Shown: positions 49,333-61,727 of the stretch, one piece after another
How the letters are laid out: each line of letters begins with the position of its first letter
How positions within the stretch are numbered: position 1 is the stretch's first letter
Source of the DNA: Macrostomum lignano
Lineage: Eukaryota
DNA length: 64,000 nt
Direction of reading: 5' to 3'
Assembly (NCBI GenBank): GCA_002269645.1
Contig: NIVC01002168.1
Location: 1-64,000 of the forward strand
The notes under the pieces: generated by a model
What the model was told of the DNA's origin: nothing
The model's input: only the letters and a program-made list of their open reading frames with translations
Database searches by the model: none
Position numbers and translations under genes: made by a program

Positions 49333-52300
49333 CTCTATCTATCTCTCTTATCTATCTATCTATCTATCTAATTGCATCATTAATCATGCATGTCTGCACC
49401 CCGGCTCCGCAATCTCTGTCTCAAGCTCGCAGACCCTCAACTGGAGATGCACTTTCGGGTCGGAAATGGAGGAGGGAATTTTTGACGGAATTCTGAGTAG
49501 AAAAAACTCTCGCAGAGTGAGGGCGAGTCTGTTGGCAGACGCAACTCAGCACTGGTGCCAGCAGCCAGCACTGGGTGAGGAGAGTGCTCGGCAAAGCTGG
49601 GGATTAACGGTGTGGGTAGCTAGGGCTCAGGAACAGGAAAAAGCCCATTTTCAGTCACCACATGTTGATCGGTCCATTAGTGCAGATTAGTCTGGCTGGC
49701 ATGCAGCTGAGCAATGGGTACTGTATCCTGCGTATGTATTCTATGCCTCTATGATCTGGGATCCGGGATCTGGGATCTGGGATCTGGGGTCTTGGATCTG
49801 GGATCTGGGATCTGGGGTCTGGGATCTGGGATCTGGGATCTGGGGTCTGGGATCCGGAATCTGGGATCTGGGGTCTGGGATCTTGGATCTGGGATCTGGG
49901 ATCTGGGGTCTGGGATCTGGGATCTGAGATCTGAGATCTGGGATCTGGGATCTGGGATCTAGGGTCGTGGAACTGGGATCTGGGATGTCTGGGGTCTGGG
50001 ATCTGGAATCTGGGATCTGGGGTCTGGGATCTGGGATCTGGGATCTGGGGTCTTGGATCTGGGGTCTGGGGTCTGGGATCTGAGATCTGGGATCTGGGAT
50101 CTGGGATCTAGGGTCGTGGATCTGGCTGGGATCTGGGATCTGGGATCTGAGATCTGGGATCTGGGATCTTGGATCTGGGGTCTGGGGTCTGGGATCTGGG
50201 ATCTGGGATCTGAGATCTGGGATCTGGGATCTGGGATCTGGGATCTGGGGTCGTGGATCTGGCTGGGATCTGGGATCTGGGATCTGAGATCTGGGATCTG
50301 GGATCTGGGATCTTGGATCTGGGATCTGGGGTCTGGGATCTGGAATCTGAGATCTGAGATCTGGGATCTGAGATCTGAGATCTGGGATCTAAGATCTGGG
50401 ATCTGAGATCTGGGATCCGAGATCTGATTTCTGGGATCTGGGATATGGGATCAAAGACATGGGATCAAAGACACGGGATCAAAGACACGGGATCAAAGAC
50501 ACGGGGTCAAAGACACGGGATCAAAGACACGGGGTCAAAGACACGGGATCAAAGACACGGGATCAATGACACGGGATCAAAGACACGGGATCAATGACAC
50601 GGGATCAAAGACACGGGATCAAAGACACGGGATCAAAGACACGGGATCAAAGACACGAGATCAAAGACATGGGATCAAAGACACGGGGTCAAAGACACGG
50701 GATCAAAGACACGCGATTAATTAGACTTGCCTCCTTGTCCAGCACGAACATGACGGGAATGAGGATGATCACCACGGTGCAGTTGGCGTAGTTCACGAAG
50801 GCCAGCATGCGGCTTTCGTTGAAGCCGTCCGGGACTTTGCGGATCTTGAAGGCGTAGAGGGTGGCCAGCAACAGCAGCACGATGGGGAAGGAGATGCCCG
50901 TGCTGAGGTGCGCGGCTCGAACCCCGCTGCACTCGAGCGCCCGGACTTCGTGCGACTCGCGCACCACGGCGCGTGGCGTGTCAACGACGAGGCCGACGGC
51001 CAGGATGAGCAGCTCGGCCACCACCATGGAGCCGATGATGTACAGCTGCGAAATCGGGCTGGTGAACTTCGTGCGCTTGGAGGAGCTGGCAGACACCTGG
51101 AAGATGCGGGCAATGCGGTTGGTCTTGGCCAGGATGGCCGCGTAGCACACGGTGAAGCAGAGGCCGGGGGCAAAGCGGGTCAGCGCGCAGACCATCAGGT
51201 GCGGCTTCAGCAGCATCAGGTAGGGGCACAGGTAGGACAGGAAAATCCCGGCCAGTAGCACCGCAGATGTCTCCCGGCCTGCGGTAAGTGGGTTGCTTGA
51301 GTTGCTTTTGATTGTTTGATCCCAGATCCTAGATCCCAGATCCTAGATCCCAGATCCTAGATCCCAGATCCTAGATCCCAGATCCTAGATCCCAGATCCT
51401 AGATCCCAGATCCTAGATCCCAGATCCTAGATCCCAGATCCTAGATCCCAGATCCTAGATCCCAGATCCTAGATCCCAGATCCTAGATCCCAGATCCTAG
51501 ATCCCAGATCCTAGATCCCAGATCCTAGATCCCAGATCCTAGATCCCAGATCCTAGATCCCAGATCCTAGATCCCAGATCCTAGATCCCAGATCCTAGAT
51601 CCCAGATCCTAGATCCCAGATCCTAGATCCCAGATCCTAGATCCCAGATCCTAGATCCCAGATCCTAGATCCCAGATCCTAGATCCCAGATCCTAGATCC
51701 CAGATCCTAGATCCCAGATCCTAGATCCCAGATCCTAGATCCCAGATCCTAGATCCCAGATCCTAGATCCCAGATCCTAGATCCCAGATCCTAGATCCCA
51801 GATCCTAGATCCCAGATCCTAGATCCCAGATCCTAGATCCCAGATCCTAGATCCCAGATCCTAGATCCCAGATCCTAGATCCCAGATCCTAGATCCCAGA
51901 TCCTAGATCCCAGATCCTAGATCCCAGATCCACATTCCAATCGATGGATGGTTGCCAATCCGAGTTGGCAGCCTCCCGCAAGCCCGAGCTCCCTGCCTGG
52001 CTGGCAGCGCGGCTGCATAAATCATGGCTCCGATATGGGTAAATCAGTGTTTGTCCGAGCTCAGCGGGGGTCCGCACCCACCCCAACTCCCCCTGTAAGT
52101 CCGTCAGGCTTGAGTCTAAATTATTTCATGAAATTGCTCCGTTCGGGTTTCGGCCAATCCCAATCTCAGAGAGAAAAAAATGCAGACTGGACGATAATTA
52201 ATTGATCAAAGCTTTGAGTCCATGAATAACATGCTTACTAATCGGTTGATTGGCTTTTTATATGACATCAATTTCAAACTAAATTTTAGTATTTGAAATG

Positions 52301-55300
52301 TCGTGATGTAGAGTCTTGTAGCTGTGACCCCCATCTGTACTTCTGTGCTCTGGGTGCATACCTACAGATCTAAGCATAGACGATAGTGCATGACGTCACA
52401 ACTGGTGATATCAGAGGTTAGATGACGTCACAACTAGTGATAGCTGAGGTGTATGACGTCACAACTTGTGATATCAGAGGTTAGATGACGTCACAACTAG
52501 TGATAGCTGAGGTGTATGACGTCACAACTGGTGATATCAGAGGTGAATGACGTCACAACTGGTGATATCAGAGGTGAATGACGTCACAACTGGTGATAGC
52601 AGAGGTGAATGACGTCACTAATAGATAATCTGGCATTCTGTCCAACCCCCAGCGACCCCCTACGGGCAGTGCTTTACCTGAAGCCTTAATGAGCGGCGTG
52701 TCCCTTTTGCTCAGGAACACCAGGCCGAAGGCTCCTGTAGTTGCCAGCCCAAGTGCCGAGATGACAGCCACTGGCACTGTGTGCGGATGGCTGTAGCCGC
52801 TCCAGGCCAGCGGCAGCTCCAGGCACCTGCGCCGCTCGGGGTCCGGCTGGCTGCCGTTCGGGCAGGTCTGGCAAAACTGCCGACCCGAGGCCGCGAAAGA
52901 CAGCGGCTGCGGCTGCGGCTGCGGCTGCGGCTCACCGTGCGTCGCTGAGTTCGGGCGCTGAGGCTGAGCCACAATGTCGTACCTGGCCACAGTGTTTGGT
53001 TGGATAGAATTCTAAGCGGTCATCTTTGTGGTCATTGGATAGGTTATGATCAGAGTCATGTAAGCGGTTGTGAAACCGTCATTGAAACAGGCATGACCAT
53101 CGTCATAAAAACAGACATGACCATCGTCATAAAAACAGGCATGACCATCGTCATAAAAACAGGCATGACCATAGTCATAAAAACAGGCATGACCATAGTC
53201 ATAAAAACAGGCATGACCATAGTCATAAAAACAGGCATGACCATAGTCATAAAAACAGGCATGACCATCGTCATAAAAACAGGCATGACCATCGTCATAA
53301 AAACAGGCATGACCATCGTCATAAAAACAGACATGACCATCGTCATAAAAACAGGCATGACCATCGTCATAAAAACAGGCATGACCATCGTCATAAAAAC
53401 AGGCATGACCATCGTCATAAAAACAGGCATGACCATCGTCATAAAAACAGGCATGACCATCGTCATAAAAACAGGCATGACCATCGTCATAAAAACAGGC
53501 ATGACCGCTGTCATGACCACCGAAGGCTCACCTGCCGCATTTGATGCAGATCCAACAGCAGCTGCTGGTGGGGAACTGTTTTGCTTCATCACTCTCACAA
53601 TCGTTGGCGCAACGGGACTCAGGGAAGCTGGAGATGACGGAGGCCAGCTGGTCCCCCACAACCAGGCGCTCAGTGTAATTCCTTGTGCCTGTTGGAAAGT
53701 TATTTTGGGAGAGAAATATGAAGAAAGAAGTTTGCTATCTGTGATTTGGGATCTCACACAGCTGAGATCGGGTTAGGGATTTATGAACTATTACGAGCGT
53801 AGATTTGAGATATGGAAATATGGAAATATTTGAATAATAATAGAATAATAATAGGAAATATTAGATTAGATTTGAAATATGTGATCTGAGATTGGCTATG
53901 GGATTTATGATTTTATGGGATCTGAAATTGGCTTTGGGATTCATGATTTATGGGATCTGAAATCAGCTTTGGGATTCATGATTTTTATGGGAACTGAGAT
54001 AGGCTTTGGGATTTATGATTTATGGGATCTGAAATCGGCTTTGGGATTTATGATTTATGGGATCTGAGATAGGCTTTGGGATTTATGATTTATGGGATCT
54101 GAAATTGGCTTTGGGATTCATGATTTATGGGATCTGAAATCAGCTTTGGGATTCATGATTTTTATGGGAACTGAGATAGGCTTTGGGATTTATGATTTAT
54201 GGGATCTGAAATCGGCTTTGGGATTTATGATTTATGGGATCTGAGATAGGCTTTGGGATTTATGATTTATGGGATCTGAGATTGGCTTTGGGATTTATGA
54301 TTTATGGGATCTGAGATTGGCTTTGGGATTTATGATTTATGGGATCTGAGATTGGCTTTGGGATTTATGATTTATGGGATCTGAAATCGGCTTTGGGATT
54401 TATGATTTATGGGATCTGAGATCGGCTTTGGGATTTATGATTTATGGGATCTGAGTTCGACTTTGGGATTTATGATTTATGGGATTTGAGTTCGACTTTG
54501 GGATTTATGATTTATGGGATCTGAGATTGGCTTTGGGATTTATGATTTATGGGATCTGAAATCGGCTTTGGGATTTATGATTTATGGGATCTGAGATTGG
54601 CTTTGGGATTTATGATTTATGGGATCTGAGATTGGCTTTGGGATTTATGATTTATGGGATCTGAAATCGGCTTTGGGATTTATGATTTATGGGATCTGAG
54701 ATAGGCTTTGGGATTTATGATTTATGGGATCTGAGATTGGCTTTGGGATTTATGATTTATGGGATCTGAGTTCGACTTTGGGATTTATGATTTATGGGAT
54801 TTGAGTTCGACTTTGGGATTTATGATTTATGGGATCTGAGATTGGCTTTGGGATTTATGATTTATGGGATCTGAGATTGGCTTTGGGATTTATGATTTAT
54901 GGGATCTGAGTTCGACTTTGGGATTTATGATTTATGGGATTTGAGTTCGACTTTGGGATTTATGATTTATGGGATCTGAGTTCGACTTTGGGATTTATGA
55001 TTTATGGGATCTGAGATTGGCTTTGGGATTTATGATTTATGGGATCTGAAATCGGCTTTGGGATTTATGATTTATGGGATCTGAGATTGGCTTTGGGATT
55101 TATGATTTATGGGATCTGAGATCGGCTTTGGGATTTATGATTTATGGGATCTGAGATCGGCTTTGGGATTTATGATTTATGGGATCTGAGATTGGCTTTG
55201 GGATTTATGATTTATGGGATCTGAAATCAGCTTTGGGATTTATGATTTATGGAATCTGAAATCAGCTTTGGGATTTATGATTTATGGGATCTGAGATTGG

Positions 55301-58300
55301 CTTTGGGATTTATGATTTTTCGGATCATCTCCTAGACGTATTTGGAAATTCTGCATGGAACAATCTATAGAAGGGATTAAGCATCCAAGCGGAACTCCAG
55401 AATTTCATTGCTCACCAATGTAAGTCCCATCAGTGATCCAGCGTTTGATGGAGGCGTTGTAATACTGGATCGAGTACTCTGGAGGCCCGTCCACACCGTT
55501 ATGAAACTTGAATCCTTCGCCTGTGCATTCTGTGAGGGATTTAAACAAAAGTTAAACAGCAATCTTGGCTTTTTTGTCTTATATTTTAGCATTGTCAGTT
55601 AGCCCAAATTTGAGCCTTCAAAAAACTTTCCATAGAAACGCAATGTTGAGGCAATTAAAATTCTGAAGAGCTGAAGCTACACATACTGCATTCAGTTTTT
55701 GAACCTTCTTGTCGAACAAGGCGAATAGAGGGAAAGATGGACAACATCGGGCCCAAGTGAAGTTACCATCGGGGACATGTCTGTCTCTTCTGAACCTGGT
55801 AGGTCAGCTGTTGCCATGCGGCGCCTTTGATGGAGGAGCCGGAGACTGCAGAGGGCGGGCTGGCTCTCGCGACCCCGCTGTCAATGGAAATATTGATGGA
55901 GTTGATGCGCCTTTCCAACTAGGCAATAAATATTAGGTATTTTTTAGTTTTTATGCTAGAGAGACACACGGGGCAAAGACTGTGTTGGCTTTAAAAAACT
56001 TTAAGCAGAAGATGCAGGGGAGTCATGGAAAGATGATTTTGCATGCAAGCTCGCCTGGCGAAAATGTAGCTGATGCGACTGTATAATAATTATATGCATA
56101 TGGTCGCTCTCTGGTGAACTGCTGTGTGAACGGACTGTTATAGGGATGGATATAAAATAATAGGTAGGGAGGAAGAGGGGGAGGGAGAGGGAGAGGCAGG
56201 GGAGTGAGAGCTGGAGTGGGAGAGGAGTGAGAGGGAGAGGCAGGGGAGCGGGAGGGAGAGGGAGGGGGAGTGAGAGCTGGAGAGGGAGAGGCAGGGGAGT
56301 GAGAGGGAGAGGGAGGGGGAGTGAGAGCTGGAGAGGGAGAGGAGTGAGAGGGAGAGGCAGGGGAGGGAGAGGGAGAGGCAGGGGAGTGAGAGGGAGAGGC
56401 AGGGGAGTGAGAGGGAGAGGCAGGGGAGTGAGAGGGAGAGGCAGGGGAGGGAGAGGGAGAGGCAGGGGAGTGAGAGGGAGAGGCAGGGGAGTGAGAGGGA
56501 GAGGCAGGGGAGTGAGAGAGAAAGGCAGGGGAGTGAGAGGGAGAGGCAGAGGAGTGAGAGGGAGAGGCAGAGGAGTGAGAGGGAGAGGCAGAGGAGTGAG
56601 AGGGAGAGGCAGAGGAGTGAGAGGGAGAGGCAGAGGAGTGAGAGGGAGAGGCAGGGGAGTGAGAGGGAGAGGCAGGGGAGTGAGAGGGAGAGGCAGGGGA
56701 GTGAGAGGGAGAGGCAGAGGAGTGAGAGAGAAAGGCAGGGGAGTGAGAGGGAGAGGCAGGGGAGTGAGAGGGAGAGGCAGGGGAGTGAGAGGGAGAGGCA
56801 GGGGAGTGAGAGGGAGAGGCAGAGGAGTGAGAGAGAAAGGCAGGGGAGTGAGAGGGAGAGGCAGAGGAGTGAGAGGGAGAGGCAGAGGAGTGAGAGGGAG
56901 AGGCAGGGGAGTGAGAGGGAGAGAGAAAGGCAGGGGAGTGAGAGGGAGAGGCAGAGGAGTGAGAGGGAGAGGCAGAGGAGTGAGAGGGAGAGGGAGGGGA
57001 GCGGGAGGGAGAGGGAGGGGTGAGATCAGCTGAAAGGTCACCTGCTCAGGGATGCCCCGATGTCGGTGATAAAAGCAAAAATAGTTGAGTAACGAAGATC
57101 AGAGGGAGGGGATGAGACTTGGACTGTATTTGAGGGCGGGGAGCAGGAGCTCTGTTAGCGAGAAACAGAGTATTGATATTCAAGACCCTGCAGGAACAAG
57201 CAGAGACAGAGGAGGGTAGATAAAATTCTGTCTGTAAAAAAAACTTCGAATGCCTCAAAAAAGCCGCGGCTCCGCAGCTCATCCGCATGCAGATGCTCGC
57301 ACGCAAGCTGGAGACTCAAAATGCCAAGTCAGCAAGAGTATTAGTTAGCTAATCTTGTCGATTTTTTGCTCAGTTGGCGACTTCTCGAGGCAAAATATGA
57401 TGACATCTAAAAGCAGAGATTTTAAATGTCATCAGTGCCCGAGGTCTGGTCAATAATGCAGCAGTTGATACCATTGCAGCAGACCAGATGATAGCTGGGA
57501 GCAGACCGCTGCGCAAAGCTGGAGACTGAAGTATCGAGTTTTTTAATAGCAAGAAAAATCTCTGTGGTGCTATCGCTATCCAATTGGCGCCATCGCTATC
57601 AAATTGGCGTCATCGCTATCAAATTGGCGCCATCGCTATCAAATTGGCGTCATCGCTATCAAATTGGCGCCATCGCTATCAAATTGGCGCCATCGCTATC
57701 CAATTGGCGCCATCGATATCCAATTGGCGCCATCGATATCCAATTGGCGCCATTGATATGCAATTGGCGCCATCGATATCCAATTGGCGCCATCGATATC
57801 CAATTGGCGCCATCGATATGCAATTGGCGCCATCGATACCCAATTGGCGCCATCGATATCCAATTGGCGCCATCGATATCCAATTGGCGCCATTGATATG
57901 CAATTGGCGCCATCGCTATCCAATTGGCGCCATCATTATCCAACTGGCACCATCGCTATCCAATTGGCGCCATCATTATCCAACTGGCACCATCGCTATC
58001 CAATTGGCGCCATCACTATCCAACTGGCGCCATCGCTATCCAACTGGCGCCATTCCATACCTCCCAATATACCTGCTTGCAATTCGCCAGAGGCAGATTA
58101 AAGTACAAAGTAGGACTTTATTGATTGGAAGAGCAATGGGCAAACAGCAGCTTGGCCCGAGAATAACGTACCGGATTTCTTTTAATAATGATTCAACGAG
58201 AAGCGCCGTTTTATTTGCTGAAATTCAATGCCATATTCCATTCAATATGGCAGGAGAATTTGCAAAGAATTGGAAATATTCTCTCACCCAGCTGGTTTCT

Positions 58301-60929
58301 GTCCTGTTATATTTGACATTTCCCTTGTCGCCAACCGGCTTGGCTCAATAACCCTATGTACACTCCCGAATGTACATTACGGCCTCCGCTAGTAGCACCC
58401 TGGCGCACTGCACTTTAAGCGACATTGTCAAACAAAAAGAGAGAGGCAATACTGCCCGTTCCGCTGGCTCCTCTGAGCGGGCACACAAGCGCGCGGATAC
58501 GTACGCAGTCATACGCACAGGCACACACTCACACAGGAGTGTACAGCGGCCCACACACACATGCATGTACAAGTTACATATTGAATAGCCGTGCCGTCGC
58601 AGATCCCTCTCTCAATGTACACCTCCCAATGTACACCTCCCAATGTACACTCTCCCAATCTACACTCTCCCAATGTACACTCTCCCAATGTACGCTCTCT
58701 CAATGTACACTCTCCCAATGTACACTCTCCCATTGTACACTCTCCCAATCTACACCCTCCCAATGTACACTCTCCCAATGTACACTCTCCCAATGTACAC
58801 TCTCCCAATGTACACTCTCCCAATGTACACTCTCCCAATGTACACTCTCCCAATGTACACTCTCCCAATGTACACTCTCCCATTGTACACTCTCCCAATG
58901 TACACTCTCCCAATGTACACTCTCCCAATGTACGCTCTCAATGTACACCTCCCAATGTACATTCTCCCATTGTACACTCTCCCAATCTACACCCTCCCAA
59001 TGTACACTTTCCCAATGTACACTCTCCCAATGTACACTCTCCCAATGTACACTCTCCCAATGTACACTCTCCCAATGTACACTCTCCCAATGTACACTCT
59101 CCCAATGTACACTCGCACAATTTACACTCTCCTAATGTACACTCTCCCAATGTACACTCTCCCATTGTACACTCTCCCAATGTACACTCTCCTAATGTAC
59201 ACTCTCCCAATGTACACCCTCCCTATGTACACTCCCAATGTACACTCTCCCAATGTACACTCTCCCATTGTACACTCTCCCAATGTACACTCTCCCAATG
59301 TACACTCTCCCAATGTACGCTCTCAATGTACACCTTCCAATGTACATTCTCCCATTGTACACTCTCCCAATGTACACTTTCCCAATGTACACTCTCCCAA
59401 TGTACACTCTCCCAATGTACACTCTCCCAATGTACACTCTCCCAATGTACACTCTCCCAATGTACACTCGCACAATTTACACTCTCCTAATGTACACTCT
59501 CCCAATGTACACTCTCCCATTGTACACTCTCCCAATGTACACTCTCCTAATGTACACTCTCCCAATGTACACCCTCCCTATGTACACTCCCAATGTACAC
59601 TCTCCCAATGTACACCCTCCCTATGTACACTCCCAATGTACACTCTCCCAATGCACACTCTCCCATGTCGAATTTTCATTGAAAACCCTATTTAGAATCC
59701 CAATTTTTAACCCAGGCTGAGAGAGGAACTCGCCAACGCCTCGCTTAAGTCGATGCTCACCCATCTTCTGGACTTTTAAGAAACAATAAAACCAACGGTC
59801 CTTGATAAGAATATTTTGATCTTTTATTAGAAAAGATCAATGCCTTCTTCATAGAAATGTGAAAGTTAGCCAAAGGCAAAAATAACTCACTAGTGAAGCT
59901 GACATTCCTCAGGTGGCTCATCAGCAGGTCTCCTGTGACCAGCTGGGCAGTGAGCGGTCTCGGCAGCACGGATGCCTGGATGGACTTCACCGCTTGGGCG
60001 AAGGCGTGCACCGCGTCAGACACGAAGTGCAGCGATGGCAGCTCCGTGAAACCTTGCGGTGTGTTGGGCGTATTAATTAAGCTGTTGGGTTTTTATGAGC
60101 ACTGTCCCATGGCAGCACAGACTGCACAGACAGAACCCACTACCGTGAGTACGAGTATATGAAAGACCTTGCGAATTGGCAGAGCAGCCCAGAGGTGAAC
60201 GCATCTGACTCTCGCGCCACACGAACCCTGGTTCGATTCCGCTACGTGGTTACATCCATTTGGAGGGCCAACCCCCAAGGCACAGAGAGTCTACATGCCT
60301 GACGGTAAGACAGGTCAGGCCTGCTGTACACCCTGTGTGAGCGAGTGTGTGAGTGCGTGCATGCGTACAGTATTGGCGCGCTTGCATCTGTGCTCAAGAG
60401 TCTGCGGAATGGGCAGAGCAGCCAATCTCACCAGCGAACACCCGCCCGCTGCACTCCTCCTCGATTGTCGCGCAGTCCAGCCCGCCGCCGCCGCGGCCGC
60501 CGTAGGTGCAGTCGCACTCCTCCTCGAACCACTCGCGCAGCCAGGGATTCTCCGGCCGGCTCGACGGTCTCAGACGGACCATGTGCTCAGCGAATCCGGG
60601 TATGTGAGCGGTCCGCGGCAGCAGCACGATGGAGCGGCTGAGAAAGCTGAGCTCCTCGTGCCTTTTAAGTCGTCGCATCGACCAGGTGTCCGTGCCGATC
60701 CAGGCCAGACGGTCGAGTTTGGCTACTCGGCTCCGCCATTCGGCCTCGTCCTCCGCTTTGGCCGTCTCGGCGCTAGCTTCCGCCTCATCGATGAGGATGT
60801 CCGCGTAGAATTCCGTCTCTGGCTCCGTCGCTAATGCCGTCGCCTCGGCAAGGGTTCCTCGTCGGCGACAAGCGATCAGCGCGTCGAAGAAGGCCGTGAG
60901 GGTTGGCTGCGAGAGCAGCACCAGGACGA
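48274..60929 (-). CDS. Class C GPCR, metabotropic glutamate receptor-like; 5'-partial, 8 exons seen
   Basis: Exons 60929-60432, 60052-59891 (AAG acceptor, less certain), 55520-55416, 53688-53532, 52982-52678, 51278-50731, 49019-48821, 48674-48274 are phase-consistent. VFT motifs [14 protein letters not shown] and [10 protein letters not shown]; 9-Cys CRD (CCWICIKC); 7TM motifs [49 protein letters not shown]; C-terminal TTTV is a PDZ-ligand-like end. Confidence 0.92.
49070..49368. repeat. (ATCT)n / GATA microsatellite
   Basis: Read directly. Confidence 0.95.
49750..50712. repeat. (GGGATCT)n 7-bp array (49750-50450) followed by a 14-bp GGGATCAAAGACAC array (50450-50712)
   Basis: Read directly. 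Confidence 0.93.
51318..51930. repeat. Perfect 14-bp array GATCCCAGATCCTA
   Basis: About 43 units with no visible variants. Confidence 0.95.
52391..52617. repeat. 31/32-bp repeat carrying 8 perfect TGACGTCA palindromes
   Basis: TGACGTCA at 52391, 52423, 52454, 52486, 52517, 52548, 52579 and 52610. Confidence 0.92.
53085..53520. repeat. 24-bp minisatellite GACCATCGTCATAAAAACAGGCAT
   Basis: Read directly. Confidence 0.93.
53885..55320. repeat. 35-bp minisatellite GGGATTTATGATTTATGGGATCTGAGATTGGCTTT
   Basis: About 40 units. Confidence 0.95.
55763..57151 (-). CDS. Candidate nested gene (3 exons) inside a GPCR intron
   Basis: Putative exons 57151-57042, 56078-56000, 55918-55763 are phase-compatible (2/2, 0/0) with pyrimidine-rich AG acceptors (one with CTAAC) and read open to TAA. 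One donor is weak (GTTTTT). No homolog recognised. Confidence 0.33.
56165..57020. repeat. Purine-rich 21-bp repeat GAGAGGGAGAGGCAGGGGAGT
   Basis: Read directly. Confidence 0.93.
57570..58052. repeat. 20-bp palindrome-dense minisatellite CAATTGGCGCCATCGATATC
   Basis: Read directly. Confidence 0.93.
58605..59665. repeat. 15-bp minisatellite AATGTACACTCTCCC
   Basis: About 70 units. Confidence 0.95.
60178..60245 (+). mobile_element. Possible second tRNA-derived SINE head
   Basis: B-box GGTTCGATTCC at 60230 preceded by degenerate A-box-like AGCCCAGAGGTGAACGC. Confidence 0.4.
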
Positions 60930-60944
60930 CTGTCGAGTATGGCG

Positions 60945-61145
60945 GGGTTTATCAGATCTATTTTTAGCTGAGATGCGCTGCAGCTTACGGCGGACGGGTG
61001 AGGGGTTTTCCCGGGTCTATTTTTAGCTGAGATGCGCTGCAGCTTACTGCGGACGGGTGAGGGGTTTTCCCGGGTCTATTTTTAGCTGAGATGCGCTGCA
61101 GCTTACGGCGGACGGGTGAGGGGTTTTTCGGGTCTATTTTTAGCT
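60945..61145. repeat. About 60-bp repeat x3 (TTTTTAGCTGAGATGCGCTGCAGCTTACGGCGGACGGGTGAGGGG..)
   Basis: Read directly. Confidence 0.88.
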
Positions 61146-61727
61146 TGGATGTGCTGTGGATTTTGTCGAGACTAACTTTATCTGAGATATGCCTTATCTA
61201 AGATGGAAGCTTCGAATTTAAATCACGAAGTTCTTCGATAGTAGGGGATTCTCCAAATCAACCAATTTTAGTTTTAACTCCGAGTAAACCTACTTATAAC
61301 GCACCAGACAGACTGGGCATGGCAGAAAGTACCCAGTCTAAAAAGCAGAAAAAGCAGAAAGCCTGCATCTTGACCTACGGCAGGGTTTGAACTGCGAAGT
61401 GCCCTAAGATTTTCTCACTTGTCCACTGGATCCTATCAGCCAGGATCTCTCTACTAGCATGCGCACTTTACTGTTTGATTAACTTTTCTTAACTCTGAGC
61501 TCAACTCTCGCCTCAGTAAAAATATCAATCAAGATTATCCAGAGATCCAGAAATCAATTTGCGAAACCTAACAAAAGCTACGAAGCAAGAAGCTTTTGTA
61601 AGTCTTCTTTCAATATTTTTTCTTTTACTTTCTAGTTCTTCTCTCAACAAATTGTCGCAATAATGTGTGCCGTCTTTAGGGATTCTGAAAATAGTTCTAG
61701 AGAAGTGGGTGACCTCTGCCATTTTTT

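Noticed and set aside
58425-59720. Many overlapping YTLP/VHSPN/ECTLG ORFs
   Set aside because: 15-bp minisatellite, open in most frames.
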